A stretch of 64,000 nt of DNA from Octopus sinensis (GCF_006345805.1 NC_043012.1:16926001-16990000), one strand, 5' to 3'; positions 24,998-39,122 are shown, counted from the first letter of the stretch. Translations and numbers: made by a program. Notes: generated by a model from the sequence alone, not told the origin.

Positions 24998-26340
24998 TAT
25001 GTATTTACGTGTGTATATACATATATGCTAGCACGAAATGTAGATGTTAACTGATGACCACATGCATGCATGCACACACACACACATACATTTGTTATGT
25101 CAAGTTACAATGGGAAAAAGCTAAACTAAACTGAAGGTTTAGTCAATATTCTTTAGAGAGAATAAATTTATTATTGTTTAACTAGAATACTGTTGACGGT
25201 GACTTCGAAGTTTTGGTCTTCTTAGCTTTCATTGGGCTGTTTGATGTAGGTTGCACACACGAGTATACCCACCCTTACTTTGTGGTGGGGCTGTTTGGAT
25301 TTAGGTTCAGTCTTGCTGTGAAATTATCTTCTGTTATTATCTTCTGTTATTGGTCTCATCATCATCAACATTTCATGCCTGTTTTTCCATCCTGCCATGG
25401 GTTGTATGGCTTGACAAGAATAGCAAGGCCAGTGGCCACACCAAGTTCCAAAGTCTGTTTTGACCTGGTTTCTACAGCTGGATACCCTTCCTAGCGCCAA
25501 TCACTTTACAAAGTATACAGGGTGCTTTTAGTGTGGCACCGACATAGGTGCCCTTTTTGTGGCACCAGTATCCACCCGAATGCTTTTTATGTGGCACCTT
25601 GGTTTTTTTTAGGATCTGAATTCTTTTGGGTTCACCATTGTGTAGGAAATTAGTGGAGGGAAACAACATAGAAGCACATTGTGTGTGTATGTGAGTCTGT
25701 ATGTATGTGTATATATTTGTATGTTTGTGTATGTACGCATGTATGAATGAAAGTTAACATTTTTGCTGCTTTTATTTCTTATACGAGATGTTCTGAGTGT
25801 AAAAAGTGGTCGTGTATTTACCTTCCAGGTGAACATTGATTACTCTCTTGAAGTAGTGAAATAATGATTTCCTTACTTGTAAAACAGGAAAAGGGTGGTG
25901 ACAGGAAGAACATCCAGCTGTAAAAATATTGCTTCAAAATAAAGTATTTGTTCAACCTTGTCTGGCATAGGAAACAAAAACACCCACACAAAACAAATAA
26001 ACAAATGAAGTTATAATAAATATACTTATGTATAAGTTTGTCTGTGCATATATCTGTGTGTGTGTGTGTGTGTGTGTAAGTGTATGTGTTTGTGTGTATA
26101 TGTGTGTGTCTATATATATATATGTGTGTATGTATATGTGTGAATGTGTGTATTTACATATGTGCATGCATGTGCATTTGCACATGAGTGTGTGTCTGTG
26201 AATGCATGTATATATATATATGTTAAACCCTTATTGTTATAATCATATATATATATGTGTGTGCGTATAATACATATATATATATGTATATATATGTATA
26301 TATATATGTGTATATATATATATGTATATATATATATGTG

Positions 26341-26375
<35 letters not shown>

Positions 26376-26419
26376 GTATATGTGTGTATATATATATGTA
26401 TATGTATATATATTTATTT

Positions 26420-27120
26420 GGGAGAATTCACAAAAAAAAACAAAAAAACAAAGACAGGTGGTGTAGACAACAAACAGATGTATTAGTATAACGCTCGGGA
26501 AGTGAAAACGTCTTTAATGTTTCGAGCCTATGCTCTTCCACAGAAAGGAAGACAGAAAGAAACAAGGAGAGAAAATAAAGAATGTGTAGTGGCTAGCAAT
26601 TGATCATCGCGAATGCCAGACAGAGGTGGAGAATGCCAGACTGAAGTGGAGAAGGAATAGAAATAGGAAGAGTGGTGGGGATGATGGAAGGCTGGGAGGG
26701 AGGGTATGAGGGTATGTGTGTGTGGTGGGGGTTGGAGGGATGGGGGGGTTTGGTGAGGGTGGGGGAGATTATCAGGGAGGGAGAGGGGTAGTGGAGGAGT
26801 TAGGGTAGTGGCACCAGGTGTGATGGGATGGAGGAGTGAAGTGGAGTTTACGTTGTTTGGTGTGAATGAGAAATTGATGAAAGAGATGATTTAAATGAAT
26901 TATGTAACGTAACATGGTGTTTGCATTGGAGAGCAACAGAGAGAAAAAGATGGAAAAGCAAGAGGAAGAGAGATTAGAATGAATGGTGGCACGCATAAGG
27001 TGGGAGGATTTAGTACGGAGTATGGATAGGATGGTTGTAGCAGAGTGGAGAGTGGGGTGGAAATGGAAGCAGAAACCTTTAGGGATGAGGTGGTGAATCA
27101 AGGAGCGACAGAGAAATGAA
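26420..27120 (-). mobile_element. Penelope-like element fragment (family P3) with decayed coding remnant, C-rich tract and hammerhead-like motif
   Basis: Minus frame [16 protein letters not shown] resembles the N-terminal FL..C....LIPKG motif of PLE ORFs (from memory); motif at 26512-26547; terminal part matches 19535-19925. Confidence 0.6.
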
Positions 27121-27138
27121 ATATGATTACAGAAACGA

Positions 27139-27139
<1 letters not shown>

Positions 27140-27169
<30 letters not shown>

Positions 27170-27182
27170 AGTATATATATAT

Positions 27183-27234
<52 letters not shown>

Positions 27235-27269
27235 GTATGTGTGTGTATATATATATATATGTATGTGTG

Positions 27270-27300
<31 letters not shown>

Positions 27301-27399
27301 ATATATATATATGTATGTGTGTATATATATATATATGTATGTGTGTATATATATATATATGTATGTATGTGTGTGTATATATATATATATGTATGTGTG

Positions 27400-27430
<31 letters not shown>

Positions 27431-27495
27431 ATATATATGTATGTATGTGTGTATATATATTTATATATGTGTGTGTGTGTGTGTGTATATGTATG
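27140..27495. repeat. (TG)n/(TA)n compound microsatellite
   Basis: Directly visible. Confidence 0.95.
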
Positions 27496-27686
27496 TTCAG
27501 ATGTTTTAATTGAAGCCCTCCAAAAAACCTTGATTAGACTCCAAATTAATTGAAGCACACAGCTGTGTATACTCATTAGAAACATAATCACGGATCTTTT
27601 AAAATAATTTACTATTTCTATTTTTTCACAGTCTTTCAGAGATAGCTGACCTTTGATAAGTCTGGTCTTCTTACTAATTGCTTAAC

Positions 27687-27727
<41 letters not shown>

Positions 27728-27874
27728 TTGTGTGTGTGCATGTGTATGCGTTCATGTATGTGTGTGTCTGAGTGTGTGTTTTTGTGCGTGTTTACTTGTT
27801 TGTATGTGTGTGCATGTATATTTGTTTCCCTCTGTGTGTGCGTGATCATTTGCTTGTTTCTATGTGTTTGTCTT

Positions 27875-27913
<39 letters not shown>

Positions 27914-28667
27914 TATGTTTGCTTATTCATTGTGTGTGCATATATCTATCTTTTATTCTATGTGTGTGTTTGTGTGTGTATGACTGACCATTAGATTAAA
28001 AGGATTCCACACAAAGACTATCTTGCTGCTGTTTTTGTTTAGTGCCAAAGGCCTTCCAGCCATGCCAGACTGTCTTTTTGTATATCTGCAAATACATAAT
28101 CACATTGTTTAACAAATCGTTAGTAGGTGTGATCTGAGGGAGCTTTCACTGCTATTTTTACATATCAAGTGGTTTGGTTTTTTCGTAAACACAGTCTAGA
28201 AGTGGCCGTTACTGTCTTAGTGACAGTCATGGAAGGATTTGATGTCAGCAATGAAATTTTTGCATGTTGAATTGAATTGAACTAGTTTCAGCTCATGAGC
28301 TGTGGCCATGCTGGAGCACCACCTTTTGTTGTCTGAGGAAACTAGAAGAGTTGGTATCAGGAAGGAACAGCTGACCTTAAAAAAGTCCTGTCCAACCCAT
28401 AACAGCATGGCAATGTAAAAGCAACGATGATGATGATGATATTAATGAAGCACTCATTAATTATATGATACTCCCACTAACAACAATTATAATGATTCCT
28501 TCCTTCCTCCTACCTCAGTATCTATATACAGCCAAATGGTCTGAGCCATGTAAGAATTAAGGTGTAGGTGTGTAAGTGCAGTGCTGTTGATGTGGTATGA
28601 ACTGTGGACCTTTCTATTGATTTTGCAACACCTCGTTAATTCAATCAAATGTAGCTTTCTATGTTAA

Positions 28668-28710
<43 letters not shown>

Positions 28711-29980
28711 TGGGGTGGGAGAGAAAATAAGACAGAAAAAATGTAGCATAAGACAATATAAAAAGACTATATAAATAAAGAAACCAGACAAAAACTATAA
28801 CATTCCCTGCTGTTCTAGAAAGCACATTCATTCCCAATTGTGAAATTAAGTATGCTTCAATAACCATTCTTGGAATGTTTCTGCTTCTGTTCCACGTCTT
28901 AAGCATTTAAAGTTGGAAAAAATCGACATTTAGAGGAAACTGAACGGTAATATTGCATTAAATGTCTGGAATCAAATTGGAAAGTTTGCAGACATTCAGT
29001 AAAAGTTTGCTGGTTTATGTCTACTATCGAGTCCACAAAATAGCCGAGGTAGTAAAGTAGTTAAAAATAAAAAAAATATTTTAAATAAAATTAAAATAAA
29101 ATGCAATAAAAAGAAGAAAAGTAAAAGAAAACCATAAAAGCAAAATAAAAAAAAAAGCAATTAACCTGTTGCAACAAGACCGAGTCATCTATCGTTTGAA
29201 GCCATTTAATATAGAAAGTAATTTTTGAAAATTTTACAAGTTGACTTATATTCATTTAGAATTAAACTCAAGTAGTTGAGGCCATCGTACAGCAAGTAGT
29301 TACTAAGTGGAGGTAGAGTTCATTGCTGTAGGTTGTTCTGTAATTAACACTGTATAATTAAAACTAATTGATGAAATTGACCTTGTGTGCTTGGTCAAAA
29401 GGAATTATTATTGATTGCTTACTTTGGTGTAATTCTGTAGATATTAGAGTTGATTGAATCAGTCACATTCCATGACACGATACTGTTATGTCTGTTGCTT
29501 GGATCTTTTGCCCCCTTCGCCATAAGGACGAAACGCAGAGAGTTGATTTTTAGGCAGGATTTTGAAATCAGAATATCAAGGAATGGAAATCTATACAGAA
29601 AGAGTCTTAGTTTTGGAGCTGGAGACTATTTCTGCTAAGTCAGCACCTTAAAAGAAAGCAAAAACAAAAATCAATACTTAGAAATCAATAACCAATTGTA
29701 AAAGAGAATTCCTGCATGCTTCTCCTGCTTTTGTACTCTTGTAACAACTTTCGGCTTTCGGATATAGCATTCGGAAACAAAAACAAAAAGAGAAAAAAAA
29801 GACAATAAATGATAGGTGCAGGCACATGACTGTGTGGTTAAGAAGCTTGCTTTGCAACCAAATGGTTTCAGGATCAATCCCACTTTGTGATGTATTGGGT
29901 GAGTGTTTTTGACACACACACACATACACAAACACACACACACACACACACACTTATATATGTATAATGTATATATGTAT

Positions 29981-30215
29981 CATCATCATCATCATCATCA
30001 TCGTTTAGCGTCCGCTTTCCATGCTAGCATGGGTTGGACGGTACAACTGGGGTCTGGGAAGCCAGAAGGCTGCATCAGGCCCAGTCTGATCTGGCAATGT
30101 TTCTACGACTGGATGCCCTTCCTAATGCCAACCACTCCGCGGGTGCTTTTTACGTGCCAGGCAAGGCTGGCAAACGGCCACAATTGGATGGTGCTTTTTA
30201 CATGCCACTGGCACA
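29981..30215 (-). mobile_element. Family C element
   Basis: (CAT)n cgtttagcgtccgctttccatgctagcatgggttggacgg. Confidence 0.88.
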
Positions 30216-30306
<91 letters not shown>

Positions 30307-31738
30307 ACACTCACACACACATACACACACACATGCATTTTGCATATAAGACACAATTTTTCCTCCAAAAATGTCTTCAAAAATCCAGACCAAGTCCTAT
30401 ATGCAAAGTTGAGCCACCCATAAGCTCTAATGCACTAAAGTTTATTTTCCTGGATATGCATTGCTGAAATTGGGGTGTGGTCTAATATGCCTGTACAGCT
30501 TTAATGTCATCATATGTCATCTTCCTGGTATTATTGTAGGATTTTTCAAGCTCATTCTTGACATTTTGGACATGTTGCTCTCCATGATGGTTCTGATTGA
30601 TGACATAACCAAGTTTCAAGACTTATCTACCCACCCACCCACCCTTATGTTCCCCAGCTTTCAATCATCTCAATGAATATATTAGATTGGTATTAGTTTC
30701 AGGTGGGAAAATAGGAGTGATGTTTTGAGCATGACTCATTGTCAGAAAGTGGAAAAGTCCAGAGAGGAGGAAAGAGAGGAAGGAGTCGATGGTGCGAGAA
30801 AAGCACGTGTGTTGTTACATGGCTAAAACACTCACACATGCATGTCAACATACATACATGCATACAGACATATGTACGTGCATATGTACATACATACATA
30901 AATATATACAGACGTACATACATACAGACACACAAACATGTACATGTGTTTGTGTTTTAGCTCTTCTGTGACCATAATTTTTGATGAAATGCTTTACCTG
31001 TGTCATCATAGTTGTTATCATCATTGTGATATCTTCTTACATCTACTTTCCATACTAGCATGCGTTGGATGGGTTATCATAATCTGAGTTCTTATATATT
31101 TATTTTGGAGTTTCTGCCCTCTTAGAAGGGTCAGAAGATCATGTGTTGGTTACATGTTCCAGTTTTGGCACGATTTCTACAACTGGATGTTCTTCTTGAT
31201 ACCAACTACTTTATTGGAAGCTTTGTGTATTTTATTGTGACACCAGCACTAAAGAGGCAAGAACAAAACACCTCAGCAAGAACAAAACACCTCCCCTACC
31301 TTATGCTTTTCAAGTATGCTTTTCAAGTATGCTTTTCAAGTATGCTTAAAAATTATTAATATTGTTACTAAGGTTACAGAGTTTAGAATTCTTCCTAGTG
31401 TTACTGTAGGGTTTTCAAGCTCATTCTTGACATTTTGGACATGTTGCTCTCCATGATGGTTCTGATTGATGACATAACCAAGTTTCAAGACTTATCTAAA
31501 CACCCACCCACCCCTATGTTCACCAGCTTTCAATCATCTCAATATTTGCAATTTTACACCCACAGCGATACTTTTCTTTTGTGTCTTGTATCAACTTTCA
31601 GTATTTAGAACTCTAGGCTGTTTCTTATTCTTCATATGGAAAAAGTGTGAGAGCAATTTCAGAATTTAAAAGGACACCTTTTCCTTAGAAAATTACTATT
31701 TGTAAATCTCACAATGAGAGATATTCAACAACAGTACT

Positions 31739-32138
31739 TTGGAGTAAAGATTGTTTGCCAACATAACATGGCAGTCCTGGCTTAGGACGAATGTTGCTGT
31801 AATTTAGCCCCAGTAGACATTGTCTCCAGCTGGCTATATAGATCAGTGACTAGTTGTCACTTTGAAAACTATATATTTCGAATGGGAATTTGGCAGCGTC
31901 ACCTCTAACCAAGCAATTATTCTGTGCTGATGAAGGGAAATAACCTGGAAATCGCAATACACAGATATTGTTTTGAGCTGAGTGGGGGTGGGGTGCTAGA
32001 TTCCCTTGTTTGAAAATATAAGGACACAGATCGTGTCGTATAGCCAGCTAGAGATGATGTCTCCTGGGGTTAAATTACAGCAACATTCGTCCTAAACCAT
32101 GACAGCCATGTTATATTGGCAAACAATCTTTACTCCAA
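31739..32138 (+). mobile_element. Inverted-repeat element (~100 bp arms), probably Penelope-derived (family P2)
   Basis: 31739-31840 is the reverse complement of 32039-32138; hammerhead motif lies between the arms. Confidence 0.75.
31921..31965 (+). ncRNA. Minimal type I hammerhead ribozyme motif
   Basis: UCUGUG-CUGAUGA-AGGG(aaauaa)CCUG-GAAA-UCGCAA-UA/CACAGA; 6 bp stem I, imperfect stem II, near-palindromic stem III (AUUGCAAU with one change). Confidence 0.7.
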
Positions 32139-33129
32139 CTTTTCCCTTATTAAATCAGTTTCTGAAACACGAAACACAATGTTCTTACATAAAATTATGA
32201 CTGAAGGATTTTACTTTGATAGAAACGCTTTGAAGAAAGCTTGGTTTGGTATTATAGAACCAAGGGCAATGTCAAGCAGATTGATATCAAAAGGGTTAAT
32301 TAACAATTCTTCATGTATAGGAATTACTGAAACGATCACACTGCGCTCGTGTCCAAGTAGTTTCTTGACATCAAACTAGCAGAAATATGCAAATTAGTGC
32401 ATTCTCCTGTGAGATCTGAGACACATTTTCTCTGTAATTATGAGCTGTTTCTTCTTGGCTCCATGGAGACAGAAGTTTAATAATTTCTTAAGTGGGTTCA
32501 AAAGAATCATGGCCTTCTTAACTTTATATTATGGTTTCATTCTCTTCTACAATGCTTTATTGCTGTGATGGTGAAACTATAATATGTATGTCATGGGTTT
32601 GCCATCATTGCTATATGTTGGATTTGTTATGATCTTTATTGGTTCTAGTTTGGGTTACTTCTCTCCCAATCATAGCCATGGGCCCACACCTCTTTTGTCT
32701 ATTTTCATTTCACATCGTTAGTACTGCTAGATGCCTTTCCTAATGCCAACCACTCTATAGTCTGTACTCAGTGCACATTTGTATGGCACCAATATTAAAC
32801 AGGTTGTCATATCTTCAACAAGACTATAAAAGTCCTCTTGAACCTCTATGATGTCTCTGTACATCTACCAACTCCTTTAAAGTGTACAGGGCACATTTCT
32901 TCAAGGCACCAGCATTGAAGAGGTGGTCGTGTCTCTGCTGATACAAGATTAATGTTCTCTCGATGCTGTAAAATTCCACAGCCTTTTAGGTGATGGACCT
33001 GAAGTTTTTAGGTGACATGCAATAGGCTTTGAAAACCATCTTTATCATGTTATAAATCACTTTTTAATAAGTATTTACTAAAGCTAAATCCCATGTAAGT
33101 GATGTTCCTTTAACAGCATTAAACAGCAA

Positions 33130-33560
33130 AAGGCACAGGTTTGGGTGTGTGGTTAAAAAGCTTGTGTTTCAACCATGTGGTTTTGAGTTCAGTCCCAATA
33201 CACAGCAGCTTGGACAAGTGTCTTCCACTGTAGCTCTATGCCAGCCAGTGCTAGATGGGAACTGTGTAAAATTGTGTATATGTATGTGTGTATGTATGTA
33301 TGCATGCATGTGTATATGTGTGTATGTGACTGTGTATGTCTATGTTTGTGCTTGTCTCCCCCTCCACTTGACAACTATTAATGGTTTGTTTATGTCCCTG
33401 TAACCTAGCACTTCAGCAAAAGAGACTGATAGAATAAGTACTAGATTTTAAAATAGTTAGCTCTGGGATTGATCTGTTTGAATCAAACTCTTCAATGTGG
33501 TGCTCCAACATGGCCACAGTCTAATCACCTAATCACTGAAACAAGTAATATGTAAAAGAT
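33130..33560 (+). mobile_element. SINE family A, diverged
   Basis: Degenerate head and tail of family A. Confidence 0.8.
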
Positions 33561-34242
33561 AAGATTAATATTTTCACTTGTCAGGCTAAAATAAAGGTTT
33601 GCCACTTAGTAAAGTACATAGCTGTACTTTTATTTCACTGTCTTGGAAGGAACAAAAGCAAAACTAACTTGCATGGAATTTGAACTCCCAATGTAAAGAA
33701 CTATAGCTAAATTCTACAAGACATTTTGTCCACACTGTATTAATTCTTCTAATCCATTGCTTCTTGAAATTGCTATGAGTTTGATATTTCCTGAGTTCCA
33801 TTCTACAGGAAAGGGTATGTACATTTTAAACATAGAAAATTTATTTTTTCATATTGGCTCTTGAAATTCTCACAGTGTGTGTGTGTATGTGTGTGTTTAT
33901 TTTTATAAGATTATGTTTGTGAGTGCTAAGAAGCATTTTCTATAACACTAATATGCAAATTTGGCACATCCTCCTGAGATCCAAGACACATTTTCTTTAT
34001 AATTATGAGCTGTTTTTCTTTTTTTTTATCTCGACATCATGGCAGTGGAATTAAACAATTTCTGATGAGAGGTTTAAAGAATCTGAACATGTGGTCGACT
34101 CAATATCTATACACTGTGCTATCAGAAATTTAAGGTGTTTCTCGCCCAGCTCTCAGATTCAATACACAGAACGAATACACACACACACACACGAGTGTAT
34201 GTATGTATATATGTGTGTGTGTGTGTGTATATATATATATAC

Positions 34243-34458
34243 ACTTTTACTCTTTTACTTGTTTCAGTCATTTGACTGCGGCCATGCTGGAGCACCGCCT
34301 TTAGTCGAGCAAATTGACCCTGGGACTTATTCTTTGTAAGCCCAGTACTTATTCTATTGGTCTCTTTTGCCGAACCGCTAAGTGACGGGGACGTAAACAC
34401 ACCAGCATCAGTTGTCAAGCAATGCTAGGGAGACAAACACAGACACACAAACACACAT

Positions 34459-34500
<42 letters not shown>

Positions 34501-34663
34501 GACAGGCTTCTTTCAGTTTCCGTCTACCAAATCCTCTCACAAGGCATTGGTCGGCCTGGGGCTATAGCAGAAGGCACTTGCCCAAGATGCCACGCAGTGG
34601 GACTGAACCCTGAACCATGTGGTGGGTTAGCAAGCTACTTACCATACAGCCACTCCTGCGCCT
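34243..34663 (-). mobile_element. SINE family A, full length, young
   Basis: Near-exact reverse complement of 22973-23412. Confidence 0.93.
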
Positions 34664-34907
34664 ATATATATATATAAATATATAGAAACAAGATTGTTTA
34701 TATATAAACAAGCCAGTTAAGCCACTGCTTGACAATATCTTAACTGGCCAAAATTTTGAAGTCACTATCAGCAACATTCTTGTCTAAGAATAATAAATTT
34801 GTAGTCTACAAAAGTATTAAGTATCCCATCTGATGAAGCTATAAGGTGATACACAAGCACTCAAATATAAGTGCATTGCATCTTGTAGCAGTAAGCTTTT
34901 TTTTGTT

Positions 34908-35270
34908 TTTACTGCCTTCAGGCATTTAACTGTGGCCATACTGGAGCACCGCCTTTGGTCGAGCAACTCAACCCCAGTACTTATTCTTTGTACGTCTAGT
35001 ACTTATTCTATCGGTCTCTTTTGCCGAACTGCTAAGTTACAGGGACATAAACACACCAGCATCAGTTGTCAAGCGATGTTGGGGGACACACACACACACG
35101 TATATATGGTGAACTTCTTTCAGTTTCCGTCTACCAAATTCACTCACAGGGCTTTGGTTGGCCTGAGGCTATAGTAGAAGGCACTTGCCCAAGGTGCCAT
35201 ACAGTGGATCTGAATCGGGGAACATGTGGTTGGTAATCAAGCTACTTACCACACAGCCACTCTTGCACTT
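34908..35270 (-). mobile_element. SINE family A
   Basis: Reverse complement of family A. Confidence 0.9.
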
Positions 35271-35567
35271 ATGTAAACAAACATAAGTTTGTTTTTGAGG
35301 TGCTGAAATGTATTGTAGTCCAGGTAGTAAGAAAAATCTGCCAGCAACCAGCCATGAGAATTGAACTCACATCCCTTTGATTTCCAGTTATGTACGTATG
35401 ATATAATTTATTTTACATCTAGCATTTCTGGATGACTTGATAAGGTCTAAAATTGCAGAAGAATTTGCCAGTAAGCAGTTTAGCTTAATGGTAAAGCACT
35501 TCACTGGAAATCAAAGGGATGTGAATTCAATTCTCATGGCTTGTTGCTGGCTATAAGGATTTTATGC

Positions 35568-35951
35568 TATGAGACCTATTGTGTCAAGTACATCAACATC
35601 AAAATAAAAATCAAATGGAAATTGTAGTTGTGATACCCATGCCAGTGGCATGTAAAAAGCACCATCCTAACGTGGCTGATTCCAGTGCCGCCTTAACTGG
35701 CTTCCATGCCGGTGGCATGTAAAAAGCCCCAACTGATCGTGGCCATTGCTAGCCTCACCTGGCACCTGTGCCGGTGGCACGTAAAAACACCCACTACACT
35801 CATGGAGTGGTTGGCATTAGAAAGGGCATCCAGCTGTAGAAACACTGCCAGAACAGACTGGAGCCTGGTGCAGCCTCCTGGCTTCCCCGACCCCAGTTGA
35901 ACCGTCCAACCCATGTTAGCATGGAAAACGGATATTAAATGATGATGATGA
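35568..35951 (+). mobile_element. Family C element
   Basis: ggcacgtaaaaacacccactacactc ... (GAT)n tail. Confidence 0.88.
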
Positions 35952-36235
35952 TATATATATATTTGAAGGGAAGGAAAAATAAAAACATTTAACATCTAAT
36001 TGTTTTTATTTTTCATTCCCTTCGAAATTTTATCCCGAATGGTGGTTTGGAATTTAACTGTCCTCTCTAGCGTGCAAGGTGTCCTATGATGGATACCTCT
36101 TATGTGTTTAAATGTACACTGTATTTGTATGAATCATATATAGTCTATTGACTAAATTTTTACACACTAGGCCACTGGTGATGGAAATTTCTAATATTTA
36201 TGATTACCCTTTGATATTATTAATTATATATATAT

Positions 36236-36267
<32 letters not shown>

Positions 36268-39003
36268 GCTGTTCTATCAGTATTTATGTGTTGAAAAAAT
36301 ATATCTTTCTACTTGTACCAAGTTATTAGTATTTGTGTGTGTGTTCCCCCACCTCTGCTTAACAACCAGTGTTCATTTATCTATGGCTTGGTAACTTAGC
36401 AGTTCAACAAAAAAGACTGACAGAATAAGCACCAGGCTTAAAACGTGTACTCGAGCTGATAGTTTTTTTCTTTTAACTAAACCCTTCAGGATGGTGCTCC
36501 AGCATGGCCAGAGTTCAACGATAGAACTAAATAAGTGATGGTTTTATGTAAGAATCCGTGGTTAATGTTATGCTTCTAACCTATTGCAATTAATGGAAAT
36601 GTTAAACGTTACAAGCATCAGTGTGAAATGGAAAAGATAAACAGATCTAATGACAGCCTATTTCTCTTTCCTGCTTCAAATTGCTACTTTTAATATTTAA
36701 TATTATTTTGTGCTGAAAATCTCAAAAGTTAATTAATTTAATAAGAAGTTAGTTACTTTAGTAAATCTCGCCAAATTATTAATTATTTTAATAAATTAAC
36801 TGAAACTTAAGCAGTGTTGATAGATCAACTGATATATGGACATGAAAGTGTTAAGCATTTAATTATGCTTCAGTATAATAAATACAGGCATGGCTGTGTG
36901 TTTACGAAGATTGCTTTGCAACCATGAGGTTTTGGGTTCAATCTCACTGCACGGCACCTTGGGCAAATTTCTTCTACTCTGGCTCTGGTCTGACCAATTC
37001 TTTGTGGGTGAATTTGGTATATGGAAACAGTTTTTGTCTACCATCATCCTTACATCATCATCTGGATGGTTTGATCAGAGCTGGCAAACAGGAGAGCTGC
37101 ACTGGGCTCCAGCCTGATTTGGCATGGTTTCTACAGCTGGAAGCCCTTCCTAATGACCACCACTTTGCAGAATGTGCTGGTGGCTCTCATGCGGCACTGG
37201 CATGAATGTTTTTTTACGTGGCACCAGCACAAAACTCTTGCACACCAATCCTCTTCATCAAGCAGGACCAGCCTTAACACTTCTGCTTTGCCATTGGTGC
37301 ACTTGGATTATTTCCCTTTGCTTATCTTGTTTCATTCATGGGACTGCTGCCATGCTGGAGCACCATCTGGTTTTGATTGTATTATTCCTTTCTTTTTTCA
37401 TTTTCTTCCTATTGTTCTTTGTTTTTCTTTCCTGTCTTCTTTCCTCCCTTCCTGCATTTTTTTTTGTTTCTCTTGTCCTTCATCTTTCATATTCTGAGTT
37501 TTCTATTTACCTATGCCTATCCATCTCTCTTCCTTTCTTTCTCTTTTTCTTCTCTCATCCTTCCTGTTTCCTCTTTTTTCTATCTCTTTTATGTTGTCCT
37601 ATTTAAAAAAATGTCCTATAAAAAAATAACAAAAAAAAGCAACAAAAATCAGATCAAAATAGTGATCCAGAGTACAAGGTAATTAGATAAACTAACAAAT
37701 CAATTTAATAATTATTTCAAATTGTGGCACAAGGCCAGCAATTTTGATGGGTGAGGACAAAGTGGACCTTGGTGGAATTTGAACTCAGAATGGAGTGACA
37801 GGTGAAATACTGCTAAGCACTTTGTCCAGCGTGCTAACGACTCTGCCAGCTCACTGCCTTACAATCCCTTATAATATAATATAATTGGATGGTTTAAAAC
37901 ATTGAATCGATGTGGGGGTCCAATTGAGTAAAACAGGAATCAGTGGGGCCTCATAGGGAAAAAAGGGTTGAGAAACACTGGTCTAATGTCTTGTGAATGA
38001 AGTCTAGAAGTTGGAAACTGTATGGAAGCCCATCTTATATGTCTGTTAGTTAATGCTTATGTATATATGTGGGTTGTAGGTTTGAAAGGTTGTTTCTGTG
38101 TTGGAATTGACACTGCTTGGGCAGTTGTGATACCTGTTCATGTTGCTGTAAATAAAATGCCCCATGCAAAAGTTTGCATATGGTGTGTGAAACCTCTGGG
38201 GTCAAGAAGGGCTCTACTTGAAGAAACAAACAAGGGTTTGATGTCAAGAAGGGCTCTGTCTGTGTCCAACTGATGCCAGCATAGAAAAAGCAGACATAAA
38301 GATGAAGCACAACTTGTTTTACTAAACCTCTCCGAAAACTTGATTATTTTCAAAATTAACTGGAACGTATGAGCAAATGTATTTCATCATCATTATCATC
38401 ATCAGCATCACCCCATCATCCCCACCACCATCACCACCATCATCGTCATCACCACCACCACCACCACCCTCATCATCATCATCATCTGGTATGGATTTGA
38501 TGGCTTGACAGGATCCAGCATGCTGCTGGGCTGCATTGAGCTCAAATGTCAGCTTTAGTATGGTCCCTGCATCTCAAATGCCCTTCCTAACACCAACCAT
38601 TTTACAATATGTATTAGGTGCTTTTTATGTGCCGCCAGCACTAGTGAGGTCACCAAGCAACCTGCAAGACGGGAAGAGAACAAAAAAATGAAAACAGCCC
38701 TCTTGATCAAGTGTGTGTGTGTGTGTCTGGCAGCAGGGTTGAGATGACTTTATGCCAGGTGTCGAGAGACTGAAGTATGATAGAAGGACAAGCACAGAAT
38801 ATAGATATATTTGTAAAACATTTAACACACTCTTGTATATCTAAGAGATGAGGAATTATTTACATTATTTACATTCGACAGATATTTGTCCTCATCTTGT
38901 TTGTTGTTAACACAACGTCTCGGCTGATATACCCTCCAGCCTTCTTCAGGTGTCTTGGGAAAATTTCAAACCTGGGTTCTCATTCCTGATTTATTTTTCA
39001 ATA

Positions 39004-39044
<41 letters not shown>

Positions 39045-39122
39045 GTTGTTGTTCAGATCACTGCTTGGAATCAAACTTGGAATCTTGGGGTTAGTAGCCC
39101 GCGCTCTTAACCACTACACCAC

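Noticed and set aside
29441-29638. Exon-like ORF ILELIESVTFHDTILLCLL
   Set aside because: Runs into a decayed minus SINE B, wrong phase for LRRK and no donor.
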